Below are positions 9,754 through 20,358 of a DNA stretch of 64,000 nucleotides, one piece after another. Both the position numbers and the translations under genes were made by a program. The notes beneath the pieces were generated by a model. That model ran no database searches, had not been told where the DNA came from, and worked only from the letters and a program-made list of their open reading frames with translations. Positions within the stretch are counted from its first letter, which is position 1, and each line of letters starts with the position of its first letter. The stretch comes from a virus. Where the stretch lies: IMG/VR virus record IMGVR_UViG_3300044845_000779, positions 4,261 through 68,260 of that record, one strand, 5' to 3'.

Positions 9754-10161
9754 ATGGCCAATAGCCTGTACGACAAAGCACGCGAGCGGTTTCTTTCCGC
9801 GCAGCTGAACTGGTCCACCGACACGATCAAGGCTGTGCTGGTTGACACTGCGGTTTACACCCCGTCACTGTCCGCGCACGAGTACCTGTCGGACGTTTCC
9901 GGCTCGTCGCGGATCGCGACCAGCGGCGCGTTCACCGGCAAGACCATAGCGGGCGGGGCGGCCGACGCCAACGACGTGACCTTCACTTCGGTGAGCGGCG
10001 CATCGATCGAAGCGGTGGTGATCTACAGAGACACCGGGGTCGAGGGCACAAGCCCACTGATCGCGTACATCGACGTGGCTACCGGCTTGCCGATTACCCC
10101 CAACGGTGGCGACATCATCATCACCTGGGACAACGGCACGAACAAGATCTTCCGGGTGTAA
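9754..10161 (+). CDS. Tail structural protein (135 aa)
   Basis: MANSLYD...GLPITPNGGDIIITWD pattern of phage tail proteins. Confidence 0.75.
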   Translation: MANSLYDKARERFLSAQLNWSTDTIKAVLVDTAVYTPSLSAHEYLSDVSGSSRIATSGAFTGKTIAGGAADANDVTFTSVSGASIEAVVIYRDTGVEGTSPLIAYIDVATGLPITPNGGDIIITWDNGTNKIFRV

Positions 10162-10167
10162 GCTCCC

Positions 10168-11349
10168 GTGTCCATTCAGGTCTTTCGCTCTGACCAGAGC
10201 GGAGCGCCCAGCCTGACCGGGCAGGTAGGCTCGCTCATCACGCTTTTTGACGCGTGCCTGGTCAACGGCTACGCGACGATCTCGGTCTCGAGTATCACGC
10301 GCGCCTCGGCCACCGCGACGGTGACTACGGCGACTGCTCACGGCCTGGCCACAGGCGACTGGGCGCTGATGAGTGGTGCGGCGCAGGCCGCCTACAACAT
10401 CAAGGCGAAGGTGACGGTGCTGACCGCCACCACCTTTACTTACACGGTGGCCGGCTCGCCAGCGACTCCTGCGACCGGCACGCTCCTCACGCGCCGCGCC
10501 GGCGGCGGTTTCTCCAAGCCATTCAGCGGTACGAACATCGGGGTATACCGAGCCGACGACGTCGCCGGGCAGCGGCGCTATTTCCAGGTCACTGACGACG
10601 GCACCGCAACGAACAGCGATGCCAAAGAAGCGATCCTGCGCGGCTACGAGACCATGACCGCGGTTAACACTGGCACTGGGCTTTTTCCGACGTCCGCGCA
10701 AAGGCCGCAGGGCTATTACATCCAAAAAAGCTCAACCGCCGACGCGACCGCACGCGCGTGGGTGCTGATCACCGACGGCAACCTGGTCTACTTTTTTGTC
10801 AACGCAAATTCCGCAAACAGCACTTCGCCCAACGGCTCGAGTAACACAAGCGCATGTTTTGGCGACTTCATCTCGTACAAAGCCGGCGACATTTACAACT
10901 CGATCACGGCAGCAAATAATGACTCGAACTTTCAGTCTAATGGGTCGTACGGGCTTGCTTTTGGCACTCAGAACCCATCTGGCGCCACCACGACAATCAT
11001 GGTCGCCGCGCGCGATTTTACCGCGTTGGGCGGCGCCGCTGGCCTAAGACTATATCTTAACCAGCCGTTTTCGAATTGCGTCGGAGGAAGCTCAGCGTTT
11101 GCGTTTCCGAACCCGGTCGACAACGGCTATTACATCTGCCCGCTTGTGCTGGCTGGAGCCAACCACGTGCGCGGGCGTTTGCCCGGGGCGTTCGAACCGG
11201 CGCAGGGCCGACAGTTGGGTAATTGGGATCTGGTGACAAACGTCCAGGGCTACAGCGGGCGCACTTTCATGCACATGTGGGTGATGAATGGCGGGTCTCA
11301 GGGCGCTATTTTGATCGATATCACCGGCACCGCAGACGCTTGGGACTGA
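10168..11349 (+). CDS. Tail fibre protein
   Basis: GAPSLTG..GSLI.LFDACLVNGY N-terminus; TATAHGLATGD insert; VRGRLPG C-terminus. Confidence 0.75.
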   Translation: MSIQVFRSDQSGAPSLTGQVGSLITLFDACLVNGYATISVSSITRASATATVTTATAHGLATGDWALMSGAAQAAYNIKAKVTVLTATTFTYTVAGSPATPATGTLLTRRAGGGFSKPFSGTNIGVYRADDVAGQRRYFQVTDDGTATNSDAKEAILRGYETMTAVNTGTGLFPTSAQRPQGYYIQKSSTADATARAWVLITDGNLVYFFVNANSANSTSPNGSSNTSACFGDFISYKAGDIYNSITAANNDSNFQSNGSYGLAFGTQNPSGATTTIMVAARDFTALGGAAGLRLYLNQPFSNCVGGSSAFAFPNPVDNGYYICPLVLAGANHVRGRLPGAFEPAQGRQLGNWDLVTNVQGYSGRTFMHMWVMNGGSQGAILIDITGTADAWD

Positions 11350-11352
11350 CCC

Positions 11353-12168
11353 GTGGCAAACCATCGTTATTGGCGACTGGTTTGCCGCCCGACGTCGGAC
11401 ACCGCCGCTTTTGTGGCTGTCACCGATCTGGAATTTCGCAAGACGGTTGGCGGCTCAAATTCGGCCACCGGCGGCACTGCGATCTCAAGCAATCTGGCAA
11501 ATCAAGCTCTTGCCTTTGATGGCTCAACGCTTGCGGTCAGCGCGTGGACCGCCAACGTACAGGCGGTTAGCGGTGGCCTACCTACGGTGGCGTGGATCGG
11601 CTACGACTTCGGCGCAGGTAATCCGGCCGACATTCTGGAAGTCGTCATAAAAGGTCCGACCAACTCGTTATCAGGCAACAGTGACCCCTCCTATCTGCTA
11701 AGGAGCGCCACGCTCGAGTGGAGCGACAACGCAAGTCAGTGGACTGTCGCCAGCTTTTTTGGGCCTATGGCCTGGAACACCACAGGCCAGTCGTACACGT
11801 TCTTAACCACCACGACGCAAGCGCGCGCATTCAACAATCGCGCCGCGCGCTACAACGCCGCGCAAGTCGCGGGCGCAGTTTTTTCTACTGGCGTGCGCGG
11901 CCAGCTCAATTACAAATTGCGCCGCACTCCTTACACGGGTAACTTTCGCGTGGCGGGCTCGACCACAGATAGCGCCGTGCCGGTGTCCAGGCGGGTCGAT
12001 TTGTACGAACAAGCAAGCGGAATAATCGTCGCACGGCAACAAAGTAGCGCTGCCGGTGAGTTCGAGTTTCGCGACATCGCGCCCGGCAAGTACACCGTCA
12101 TGGGCACTGACACCACCGGCACGCTCAACAGCGTGGTGGCCGCGCACGTTGACGCCGTAGCGCAGTAA
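11353..12168 (+). CDS. Tail-associated protein: discoidin-like domain plus carboxypeptidase-regulatory-like domain
   Basis: HRYWRL, WIGYDFG, LEWSDN..WT; C-terminal RRVDLY...SSAAGEFEF..I.PGKY. Confidence 0.65.
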   Translation: MANHRYWRLVCRPTSDTAAFVAVTDLEFRKTVGGSNSATGGTAISSNLANQALAFDGSTLAVSAWTANVQAVSGGLPTVAWIGYDFGAGNPADILEVVIKGPTNSLSGNSDPSYLLRSATLEWSDNASQWTVASFFGPMAWNTTGQSYTFLTTTTQARAFNNRAARYNAAQVAGAVFSTGVRGQLNYKLRRTPYTGNFRVAGSTTDSAVPVSRRVDLYEQASGIIVARQQSSAAGEFEFRDIAPGKYTVMGTDTTGTLNSVVAAHVDAVAQ

Positions 12169-12184
12169 CACGGGGAGCCGGGCC

Positions 12185-14887
12185 ATGCCCTATACCCCGC
12201 CCGCTGGCTCCAATGTAGGGCTGGGATTCGCTCCCGGGCCGTACACACCGCCCGCCGGCTCCAATGTTCCGCTCGAGTTCGTCTCGGTCGGCGCGACCAA
12301 CACAATTACCTTTGTCACGGTGGGCAACACGCTCGCCATGGGTACGCCCACGATCGGGCGCGGCGCGCAGATCGTCAACCTGGCTGGTCAGGGCTTTGAC
12401 TCGCAGCGCTTTGGCCAGATCCGCTTTGGCTATCCGTTCACGCAGTCGCTTGTCGATGTCACGCTGGGCTCGCCACGCAATCTGTATGGCCTGGTCAGGG
12501 TCTACGATCCGCTGCAAGAGGTGGACCCAAGCGGCATTGCGCCCGGCGGGTTTGGAACTGCGGATGTCGGCTTTTACTACCGCTTCGTCTACCCGACCAG
12601 TTCTGCGCCACGCAACGCGTACGGCAATGCGTTTGTAGCCTACAAGCTACGAAGGCTGAACCCACTAGAAATTACCCCCGGTGAGGTCGGCCGCCCCACG
12701 GTCGATTTCCGACGCATCAGGCCTGCTGGTATCGACAGCATGAACGTCGGACTGCTCGCGGCGCAGAATCGGCGCGCGTACCTGCTGCCTGAAGCGATCC
12801 GCTCGACCGCGTTTGTTTCGACGCAGCACGTCGTGCGCTACCGGACTTCTTTCATCGCTCTGGCCAACAACGGGATCGCGCCGCCCGATGTCAGCCGCGG
12901 TGCGCTAGTGTTCAACAAGAACCGCCGGCTTCAGCATTTCCAAGACACGCAGTCCTTGGAGTTCGGGCGCGCGGCGATCGCCAACCGCAACCGCGTGCTC
13001 GGACCCTCGAGCTGGCGCTCGCACTTTGTCTCTTTCTACTTGTCGCTTCGGCGAACACCATCGTTCGATCCGGTGGGAATTAACTCTGCCGCCTACGGAA
13101 CGCCGCGCGTGGAATACCGCATCCGGCGTGTGTACCCAGAGCCCTGGGTGTCCGAGATCCTCGGCCCCTGGAACCAGGTCTGGAATAGCGCGCGGGTTGT
13201 CAGCCCCACCGGTCGCCCGTCTACTGCCGCATACGGCACGCCGGCGCTTGCCAACCGCAACCGGCGCGTCTACCCGCAGGCGGTCGACTCTTTGGTTGGC
13301 CCCAGTGCGGCGCTTGTGGCGTTCAGAATCCGCACGCTCTCGCAGTTTTTCGGATATGCAAGCCCTGAGTTCGACCGCCCGCAGGCGCAGTACCACGACG
13401 TACGCCTGAACCCGTATCCAATCAAACCCACAGGCTTCGACTCGTTTGCCCCCGCCGCGCACTACGTCGAGGGCAGGCGCAACATCATCGCGCCTGCGGC
13501 GATCTACCTGCGCGACGACGCAGTGTCGATGCCGTACGTGGTAAACCGCAATCGGTCGCTCGGCCCTTACTACACCGGGGAGACAAGCTACGGCCGCCCC
13601 GTCGTCACTTTCCGCATCAGGCGGGTGTATCCCGATGGGTTCTTCAGTCAGGCAATCGGTAAGCCCGTGGTTGCTGACAGTCGAATCTATGCTTCCATGT
13701 CTTCGGCTTCTTCGGGTAGTAATGTAGGAAATCACACAGTTGCTTATACGAGCATCACTCCTTTCATTACTCGCTATCTGTACGTCGGGCCGTACCGGAA
13801 GAATGAGCCCCCGGAGAACCAAGTCGGCCCGCCGGTGTTCCGCACGAACACGATATTCGCCGAAGGGTGGAGCAGCATGTCGCTTCCGCACCCGACTGTG
13901 CGGGCGAACTCGATCCTTGTGCCGACCATTCAGACTGGACGCGAGGAGGAGCTGTATTTCGGCATTCCGGCGTTCACCGCTGTGCAGTACCTCGAGCCGA
14001 CAAGCATTAGTCCGTCAATCCCGAGCCGAGCGCGCCTGTCGCCCTACACGATCTACGCCGCCTCTACGACCGAGCAGGCCGAGATCAACCACCCGCCGCA
14101 CAAGTGGCGGATTGTCGATCTCGACACGAAATGGGAGAACGGCACTGGATGGCGAGGCAGCGAGGACACGACGGTCATGCTCAAAAACCGGCGCATTTAT
14201 CCTACCGGCGTAGCACCCGGGCTGACTGCCGACCAGCCGGGCAAGTTCGGCGTTCCCTTCGTGAGTTTGAAGATCCGCCGGGTGTTTGTGCAGTCGTGGC
14301 GTTCTTCGCGCATGGGCCAGCTACACGACATTCCGACCACCCCGCGCGTGGTGGAAGTCTACGACCCATTCGAAGGGGAGGGGGTAGGAGAGGACACTGT
14401 GGTCGACTTTCCCGCGCCCGGTTCCGACGGTCGCGTGCGCCCCGTCGGGTTCTCGTCGTCCCTGATCGGAGCGCAGCAGGTGGAGCTGAAACACCGGCGG
14501 ATCTACCCTTCGTCGGCGGCAATGCCAGATTCTGAGGAGGTCCCGCCCCCGATCTACGTCGGACCACCGGTGCCGGTCGTCACGAGCGGGGCGTCTTCGA
14601 TGGAGTTCGGCAATCCCATGGTGGCCTACCGCATCCGCACGAGCGCGATGAACGGGTGGGACTCGATGGATTTCGTGACATCCGCCAGTCGAAAAGCCGA
14701 GCACATGCGGGTCTACAACAAGACGCAGATCGTGCTGGTCACGCCGCCCGCCGCTCAGACAATCTCGGCCCAAGGCTCTGACTATCTGGCGGTCTCATTC
14801 TCTACGGTCTATAATCGCAAGAGATTTGTGTCCCCGGACTGTATCTGCGAAGTGGGTATGCCCGTGCCGAGTATTAGCCGTGCCTGA
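12185..14887 (+). CDS. Large repetitive tail protein (900 aa)
   Basis: YTPPAGSNV twice and many NR.R.v.P.G....G.P repeats. Confidence 0.65.
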   Translation: MPYTPPAGSNVGLGFAPGPYTPPAGSNVPLEFVSVGATNTITFVTVGNTLAMGTPTIGRGAQIVNLAGQGFDSQRFGQIRFGYPFTQSLVDVTLGSPRNLYGLVRVYDPLQEVDPSGIAPGGFGTADVGFYYRFVYPTSSAPRNAYGNAFVAYKLRRLNPLEITPGEVGRPTVDFRRIRPAGIDSMNVGLLAAQNRRAYLLPEAIRSTAFVSTQHVVRYRTSFIALANNGIAPPDVSRGALVFNKNRRLQHFQDTQSLEFGRAAIANRNRVLGPSSWRSHFVSFYLSLRRTPSFDPVGINSAAYGTPRVEYRIRRVYPEPWVSEILGPWNQVWNSARVVSPTGRPSTAAYGTPALANRNRRVYPQAVDSLVGPSAALVAFRIRTLSQFFGYASPEFDRPQAQYHDVRLNPYPIKPTGFDSFAPAAHYVEGRRNIIAPAAIYLRDDAVSMPYVVNRNRSLGPYYTGETSYGRPVVTFRIRRVYPDGFFSQAIGKPVVADSRIYASMSSASSGSNVGNHTVAYTSITPFITRYLYVGPYRKNEPPENQVGPPVFRTNTIFAEGWSSMSLPHPTVRANSILVPTIQTGREEELYFGIPAFTAVQYLEPTSISPSIPSRARLSPYTIYAASTTEQAEINHPPHKWRIVDLDTKWENGTGWRGSEDTTVMLKNRRIYPTGVAPGLTADQPGKFGVPFVSLKIRRVFVQSWRSSRMGQLHDIPTTPRVVEVYDPFEGEGVGEDTVVDFPAPGSDGRVRPVGFSSSLIGAQQVELKHRRIYPSSAAMPDSEEVPPPIYVGPPVPVVTSGASSMEFGNPMVAYRIRTSAMNGWDSMDFVTSASRKAEHMRVYNKTQIVLVTPPAAQTISAQGSDYLAVSFSTVYNRKRFVSPDCICEVGMPVPSISRA

Positions 14888-16049
14888 AATTAAGCTCACC
14901 CCGTTTATCGGGATTGACAACGTCACGCCCGACCCGAACCGGGCTCAAGGCGCGCTTAGTGACGCGGTCAACACGAACATCGACCTGGCTGGCAACGCCA
15001 CGCGGCGTGCGGGCTACTCGGTGGCCTCGGCCGGCATCACCTCGGTGGGTAAGTCGGCCGCGCTTAACAGGGTGCTGGGAATTTACGCCGGCGCGCTTGT
15101 GTGGCTCGATCCCGAGGCGCTGGTGCGCAACGCATTGGGGCCGGTCGCAGACTCAGAGCTCGAGTATGTGGACGTCAACGACGAGACCGTCGTAGCCGGC
15201 CTGAACACGCTGGCTGTCATCCGGGGTGGCTCATTTATGAGTCTGGGCGTGGAGCAACCCCCGGCTCCCATTTTGGGACTGGCCACGTCCGGCGGGCTGC
15301 GCGCGGGTAAGTACGGCGTACTGATCACGTTCGTGGCCGCCGACGGGGAAGAGTCCGCCGCATCCGAGGCGGTGTTCATGACCGTGGCCGAAGGCGGTGG
15401 CATTTCGATCACCGCGCTACCCACGCCGTTTGAGACCAAGACCCAGTACGTTCGAGCCTACCGCACCGAGTGCGACGGGGACGTTTTTTACAACGCCGGC
15501 CGGGTGACTTCGGGCGGTGTGCTTGGCACAACCACGCTTGGGCGCGCGGCCGACACCCGCCACATGCGGCGCATGCGCGGTGGACGCTACCTGCGCTACT
15601 GGCGCGGCCGGATCGTAGTCGCTCGCGGGCGCACGCTCTACATGAGCGAGGCCATGCGCTACGGGCTGCTCGATGAGCGCCACGGCTTCGTCCAGCTGCC
15701 CACTCGCATCACGTTTATCCAGCCGGTTGAGGGTGGGATCTTCGTTGGCCAGACCAACGGCGTGGTGTTTTTGGCCGGCACAACCCCGAAAGATCTGAAC
15801 GTCGTGCGCACCGGTGCGGGCACCCCTACGCCGGGCACATCAACCGAGATCAGCAGCGACGACATGACGGGTGATTTTCTGCAGCAAGGCGCGCAGATGC
15901 ACGCCGCATGGTGGGGCAACCACGGGTATGCCATCGGCTTTCCCAATGGTGCCGTGTTTGAGCCGCAGTTTCGGCGGCTTCGTGTTCCGGTCGGCCAACG
16001 CGGGGCGTCAGCCGTGCACGAGCGCCGCCTGATTTCCCTTGTTTCCTGA
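14880..16049 (+). CDS. Virion/tail protein
   Basis: FIGIDNV...DAVN.NID..GN..RRAG; YGVLITFV...GEESAAS; GTG start inferred. Confidence 0.65.
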   Translation: MPEIKLTPFIGIDNVTPDPNRAQGALSDAVNTNIDLAGNATRRAGYSVASAGITSVGKSAALNRVLGIYAGALVWLDPEALVRNALGPVADSELEYVDVNDETVVAGLNTLAVIRGGSFMSLGVEQPPAPILGLATSGGLRAGKYGVLITFVAADGEESAASEAVFMTVAEGGGISITALPTPFETKTQYVRAYRTECDGDVFYNAGRVTSGGVLGTTTLGRAADTRHMRRMRGGRYLRYWRGRIVVARGRTLYMSEAMRYGLLDERHGFVQLPTRITFIQPVEGGIFVGQTNGVVFLAGTTPKDLNVVRTGAGTPTPGTSTEISSDDMTGDFLQQGAQMHAAWWGNHGYAIGFPNGAVFEPQFRRLRVPVGQRGASAVHERRLISLVS

Positions 16050-16078
16050 CTTCCGACTTCCGACATTTGAGGTTTCCA

Positions 16079-16669
16079 ATGGACCAACTGATCAACAAGC
16101 ACAAGCGCGAGTTCGCAGCCGATCTCGATTCGGGCGACTACGAACTGACCGAGGGCGGCCTGCTTTTCCCGCGCAAGTCCGTCATGGCAAAGGGCATGTA
16201 TTTCCACAGTGTCAATGGCCAGGACGAACAGGAAAGCCCGAACCTCATCAACGACGAAGGCATCCTGCACTTCCTGAACGTCGTGATGGGTGCCACCGCC
16301 AAGATCCCGACCTGGTATCTGGCGCTGTACTCGGGCGCGATTTCGCCGGCTGGAAGCTGGACGGCCGCCAATTTCACCGCCAACGCGACCGAGATCACCT
16401 CGAACACTGAGGGCTACAGCCAGACCGTGCGCCAGACTTTTGTGCCGGGCGTGGCAGCCTCGGGCGCAATCGACAACCTCGCCTCGCGCGCGTCGTTCAC
16501 GATCGCCTGCACGACTTCGATCAACGTCAACGGCGCGGGATTGCTGTCGGTGTCGACCAAGGGTGGTACGACCGGCGTGTTGCTGAGCTCGACTCGGTTC
16601 GCAACTCAGCGCACGCTGTTCAACGCTGACATCTTCCAGCTCGGCTACCGCGTGACTCTCACGGGCTAA
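16079..16669 (+). CDS. Tail structural protein
   Basis: GAGG RBS; NLI.DEG...L.V....WYLALY pattern; strong codon bias. Confidence 0.7.
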   Translation: MDQLINKHKREFAADLDSGDYELTEGGLLFPRKSVMAKGMYFHSVNGQDEQESPNLINDEGILHFLNVVMGATAKIPTWYLALYSGAISPAGSWTAANFTANATEITSNTEGYSQTVRQTFVPGVAASGAIDNLASRASFTIACTTSINVNGAGLLSVSTKGGTTGVLLSSTRFATQRTLFNADIFQLGYRVTLTG

Positions 16670-16670
16670 T

Positions 16671-19196
16671 GTGCGGGACTTCGCAGGCTTTGGACTGTCG
16701 TCTGAAGGGCCGCTCAACGACGACCTGATTCTTCAGGCGAAAGAGCTGGCCCATCAGACGCGGTTCGAGGCGCGCGAGCGCGGCATCGAGCAGTACCGCA
16801 AGTTTCGCAATCTCGATGACGGCGGCTACATGCACTCGGTGCTTGTGGGCGAGGTGTTGCGAGTGCACGTCGTGCGGGGCCTGCCTTCGCCGCCCGGGGT
16901 CAGTGTCAGCGTCGAGCAGATCCCTGACTTCGGATCGGGCTGGATCACCAACGGCTTGATCACCTCGTCCACGGTCAACAACGTCGTAAGCTCCGTCATT
17001 CAGGAATACACGCCCACGCCGCTTACAACCAAGCGGTTAAAGATCTCATCCGGGCGGCAGAAAAGCGCGCGTTTTGCCGTTCTGCCAGACAGAATTCTGC
17101 GCCAAGACCTGAATGCGCCGAACCCGCGCCTTCAGTACAGCCAGTACGTGCGGCTGCGCCCCAGCATGTACTCGGGGCTGATGACCAAGGTCGTCCAGGC
17201 CATCATGGGCTACGGGCGCGTAACGTCACCGACGGCATTCAAGCTCGCAAGCATCGCGCAGGGGTTCGTGCCGCCGAAAGGCGAAAAGCCAACTGACACC
17301 GAGATCCAAGCTTTCTCGACCGGCGTCACTGTCAAATACGACAACCGGTTTTACCGTACTCACGGCGTCGTCAAAGGGGCAGACAACAAGCTGTGGTTGT
17401 GCGAGATCGGTACACGCGGCGTGCTGCTGCAGTTGTTGACGTACTTCAAAAACACCGACACCGCCAAGTTCAAAAAGCTGTTTGAAGACGGCAAGCTCTC
17501 GTACGACACCGAGGCGCTGCAGATCCTCGAAGAGCTTGGTGGCCTTCCAAACGGCGAAACCTTCCCGTCGGGCGACAACCTTGCCGCGGCCAAGCGCGCA
17601 GGGCTCGTGGTCGAGGCGGCGACGCCTGCAGCGGTGATGCCGTTCTATTCGCTGCAGACCTTTTCGTCTGCGATCGGCTGGGCCTTCAACATGAAAGGCA
17701 CCGAAGCGCACAACGTCGGTTACGGAACCAACGAGCTCGGGCTGTATTACAGCGAGCACTGGCAGGCGCAGCTCACGCTCGGCACGCTGATCGCGCCTAC
17801 GCCCCGCCAGGTTTCGCTCGCCAGCGAGCTGCGCGCGGCACTTCTGGGCACCACCGCCGGCCTATCCGCGCAGCGGCTGCGCTATATCTGGAGCAAGACG
17901 CCGTACATCTCGGAGTTTGAGCTGATCAAGTTTGTCCGGTCTGCAGCGTCGGACGCCAACAGGGTGCTCAAACAGCTCGATGAATACCAGGTCACACGCG
18001 TCACGTCGGCTGTGGCGACGTTTACCAAAGTCCAGTCTGCGGTTTTTTACCACCCGGCCAAAAAGAACCGCCCGCCGATCAAGTTCTACGAACCCTTGGT
18101 CTCGGGGCTGGTCACACCTGACATGCGCCGTGAGGGCTTTCAAAACTACAACGGCGTACCAGAAGTGCTCGACGCACCGATGTATGTCTATTTTCTCGGC
18201 GACAACATCAAAATGGTCCGCTACTACTGGGACCGAAAAGTCACTGTCGTCAGTTCAATCGAAAGCGACTTCGAAGAGTGCATGTACGTCGGCAGTTGGT
18301 CGCAGGTAGAGCGCAGCGGCGCTCAATCCTCGCTTGCCGGTTTCTACACCCCAGACCACGACTACCGCCGAGCCTACGCAGCGGTTGAGAAAACCACGCG
18401 AGTTACCGGCACACCCGCCGGCAACAACGGGCAGACGGTGCAGGATGACCCTTCGCAACCGAACCGGGCCGATATCAGCCGCACCTGGTGGTTTCTAGTC
18501 AACTCTGTCATCACGCAAGAAGAGAACAAGGTTAGCCGCACCGCGGTCATTGTTCCCGAGGGCGCGCGCTCCGGCATTCTTTTTGCTCACGCCGAGATCA
18601 CCAATGCTGGCTTCATTTCAAACGCCACGGAGGTCAAAGGCCTTGGCGACCCGTGGTCGTACAGCGCGTGGCGCGACTTTGGCGGCTATTACATGCCGGA
18701 AGAGGTAAGAAAAGCGTGCGGCCGTTCAAAGCAGCGCACGGTTTGGGAGACCCGTTATGTGCCCGGTGCGTGCACTGATTTGGTCGACCAGGGGAGCTGG
18801 AAATCAAAGTGCAACCGACTAGGAGAAGGCAGCGGAGGCGGGCCTAAACCTATCCCGGGCACGTACACGATACTTAAAGACGTCGGCCATCTCGATGTCT
18901 ATGCAGACTACCCGCCGCAGGGCGGCCCCGCAGAGCGGCTTGTTTCGCAAGACGCGGAAGGGGTCGATGGGTACTTCCCCTGGGACATCTGGTTCGCTGA
19001 CTCGCCTGGCGAGTTCGGCGACTACCAACAATGCTTTGCTACCTGGAACTGCCTGGGCGATGGCGACGCATTCATTGCACAAAAGGGCCCAAACGGGCGC
19101 GACGGAACCCTGGTCAGGGGCAAGCCGTACGACAGCAAGTTTCTGACTTCGTATCCGACATTCATCGGGGTGGTAAATGGCGACGGTCCTGTGTGA
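16671..19196 (+). CDS. Large virion protein (841 aa)
   Basis: Long ORF in the structural operon; no clear motif. Confidence 0.6.
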   Translation: MRDFAGFGLSSEGPLNDDLILQAKELAHQTRFEARERGIEQYRKFRNLDDGGYMHSVLVGEVLRVHVVRGLPSPPGVSVSVEQIPDFGSGWITNGLITSSTVNNVVSSVIQEYTPTPLTTKRLKISSGRQKSARFAVLPDRILRQDLNAPNPRLQYSQYVRLRPSMYSGLMTKVVQAIMGYGRVTSPTAFKLASIAQGFVPPKGEKPTDTEIQAFSTGVTVKYDNRFYRTHGVVKGADNKLWLCEIGTRGVLLQLLTYFKNTDTAKFKKLFEDGKLSYDTEALQILEELGGLPNGETFPSGDNLAAAKRAGLVVEAATPAAVMPFYSLQTFSSAIGWAFNMKGTEAHNVGYGTNELGLYYSEHWQAQLTLGTLIAPTPRQVSLASELRAALLGTTAGLSAQRLRYIWSKTPYISEFELIKFVRSAASDANRVLKQLDEYQVTRVTSAVATFTKVQSAVFYHPAKKNRPPIKFYEPLVSGLVTPDMRREGFQNYNGVPEVLDAPMYVYFLGDNIKMVRYYWDRKVTVVSSIESDFEECMYVGSWSQVERSGAQSSLAGFYTPDHDYRRAYAAVEKTTRVTGTPAGNNGQTVQDDPSQPNRADISRTWWFLVNSVITQEENKVSRTAVIVPEGARSGILFAHAEITNAGFISNATEVKGLGDPWSYSAWRDFGGYYMPEEVRKACGRSKQRTVWETRYVPGACTDLVDQGSWKSKCNRLGEGSGGGPKPIPGTYTILKDVGHLDVYADYPPQGGPAERLVSQDAEGVDGYFPWDIWFADSPGEFGDYQQCFATWNCLGDGDAFIAQKGPNGRDGTLVRGKPYDSKFLTSYPTFIGVVNGDGPV

Positions 19197-20358
19197 CGCT
19201 GAAAATACAACCGGGGCGTTTACCTCGACCCTGTGGCCGGCGCTGCGCGTCGATTACGAAGACACCGCATCCGCGCTGCTGAGCGACACAGCCGGCGGGC
19301 TCGTCGTCACGCTGGCCGAAACCAGCGCGCTGGTATCCACCGTCACTTTTGACCAGGGCCCGGTCGTCACCGAGGTCGGTACGTTCGGCAACGTCCTGTC
19401 TTCCGTCGCGACGCTCGCAGTGCTCGTCACTGAAGCGCCCAGGCTCCTGAGCACGGTCGATGTGGCAGCCTCGGGGGATCTCGCCAGCACCGGTGTAATG
19501 GTGTCGACGCTCTTTGATTCGCGCTACACGGTAATCACCGAGACCCCCGCGCTTGTCAGCACCGTCACCACGTCGACCACGTCGTCCACCACGACGATCG
19601 ACGAGCGCGGCGCGCTGACCTCTGATGTCACCAATGCCAGCGTGGGCGACTTGACGGGCACCAGCGCACTTGCGTCGACCGTCACTCCCGTCAACTATCC
19701 GGTCGGCACAGTCAACGAGACTCCGGCTGGCGCAAGCACCGTCTTTCTGGCGGTCGTGGCCGCGCCGGCGCTCCTTGCGTCTGTCAGTCAGATCGTGTCG
19801 AGCGTGCCGTCGTACAGCGTCGCCTCGAGCGCACTGGCGCTGGACGAAGCTGACCTGGAGAGCTTCACGCTACTAGGGGGGGACTACGCCGCAGGCGCCT
19901 GGACCTGCAGCACGGACAGCTGGGCGGCCAGCCGCTACGCGCCGTTTGCGTTCGATTCGATCGTCAGCCTGGCGGGTTATCTGTTTGCGGCAGGCGAGGG
20001 CGGGCTTGTGCGCTTCGATGCCGACACCGACGCCGGCGACCCGATCGACGCTTCGCTCGACACCGGGCTGGGCCAGTTTGGCCAGCGGCAGCTCAAATTG
20101 ACCCAGGCGATGTATCTGGGCTATAGCTCTGACACTCCGATGACTGTTAGAATGGGAGTGACAGATTCTGGTTCAGAGAGTCAGTACGATTATCTGATGC
20201 CAGAGCGGGCAGCGACCGATCTGGTCTCTGGACGGGTTCCGCTGGGGCGGGGCTTGCGCAGCCGATACATGCGCGTGGTGCTTTCAAACACTTCCGGTGG
20301 CGATTTCAGGATTGCTGAAGCCATGTTGGAAGTCGATGTGTCCACGAGGCGTGTGTAA
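19177..20358 (+). CDS. Virion protein (Ser/Thr-rich N-terminus, tail-tubular-like C-terminus)
   Basis: RVPLGRGLRSRY C-terminal motif; position in operon. Confidence 0.55.
   Translation: MATVLCDAENTTGAFTSTLWPALRVDYEDTASALLSDTAGGLVVTLAETSALVSTVTFDQGPVVTEVGTFGNVLSSVATLAVLVTEAPRLLSTVDVAASGDLASTGVMVSTLFDSRYTVITETPALVSTVTTSTTSSTTTIDERGALTSDVTNASVGDLTGTSALASTVTPVNYPVGTVNETPAGASTVFLAVVAAPALLASVSQIVSSVPSYSVASSALALDEADLESFTLLGGDYAAGAWTCSTDSWAASRYAPFAFDSIVSLAGYLFAAGEGGLVRFDADTDAGDPIDASLDTGLGQFGQRQLKLTQAMYLGYSSDTPMTVRMGVTDSGSESQYDYLMPERAATDLVSGRVPLGRGLRSRYMRVVLSNTSGGDFRIAEAMLEVDVSTRRV

Noticed and set aside
4942-14887. Diversity-generating retroelement or invertible tail-fibre switch
   Set aside because: No reverse transcriptase, no adenine-variant TR/VR pair, no invertase or inverted fibre segments seen
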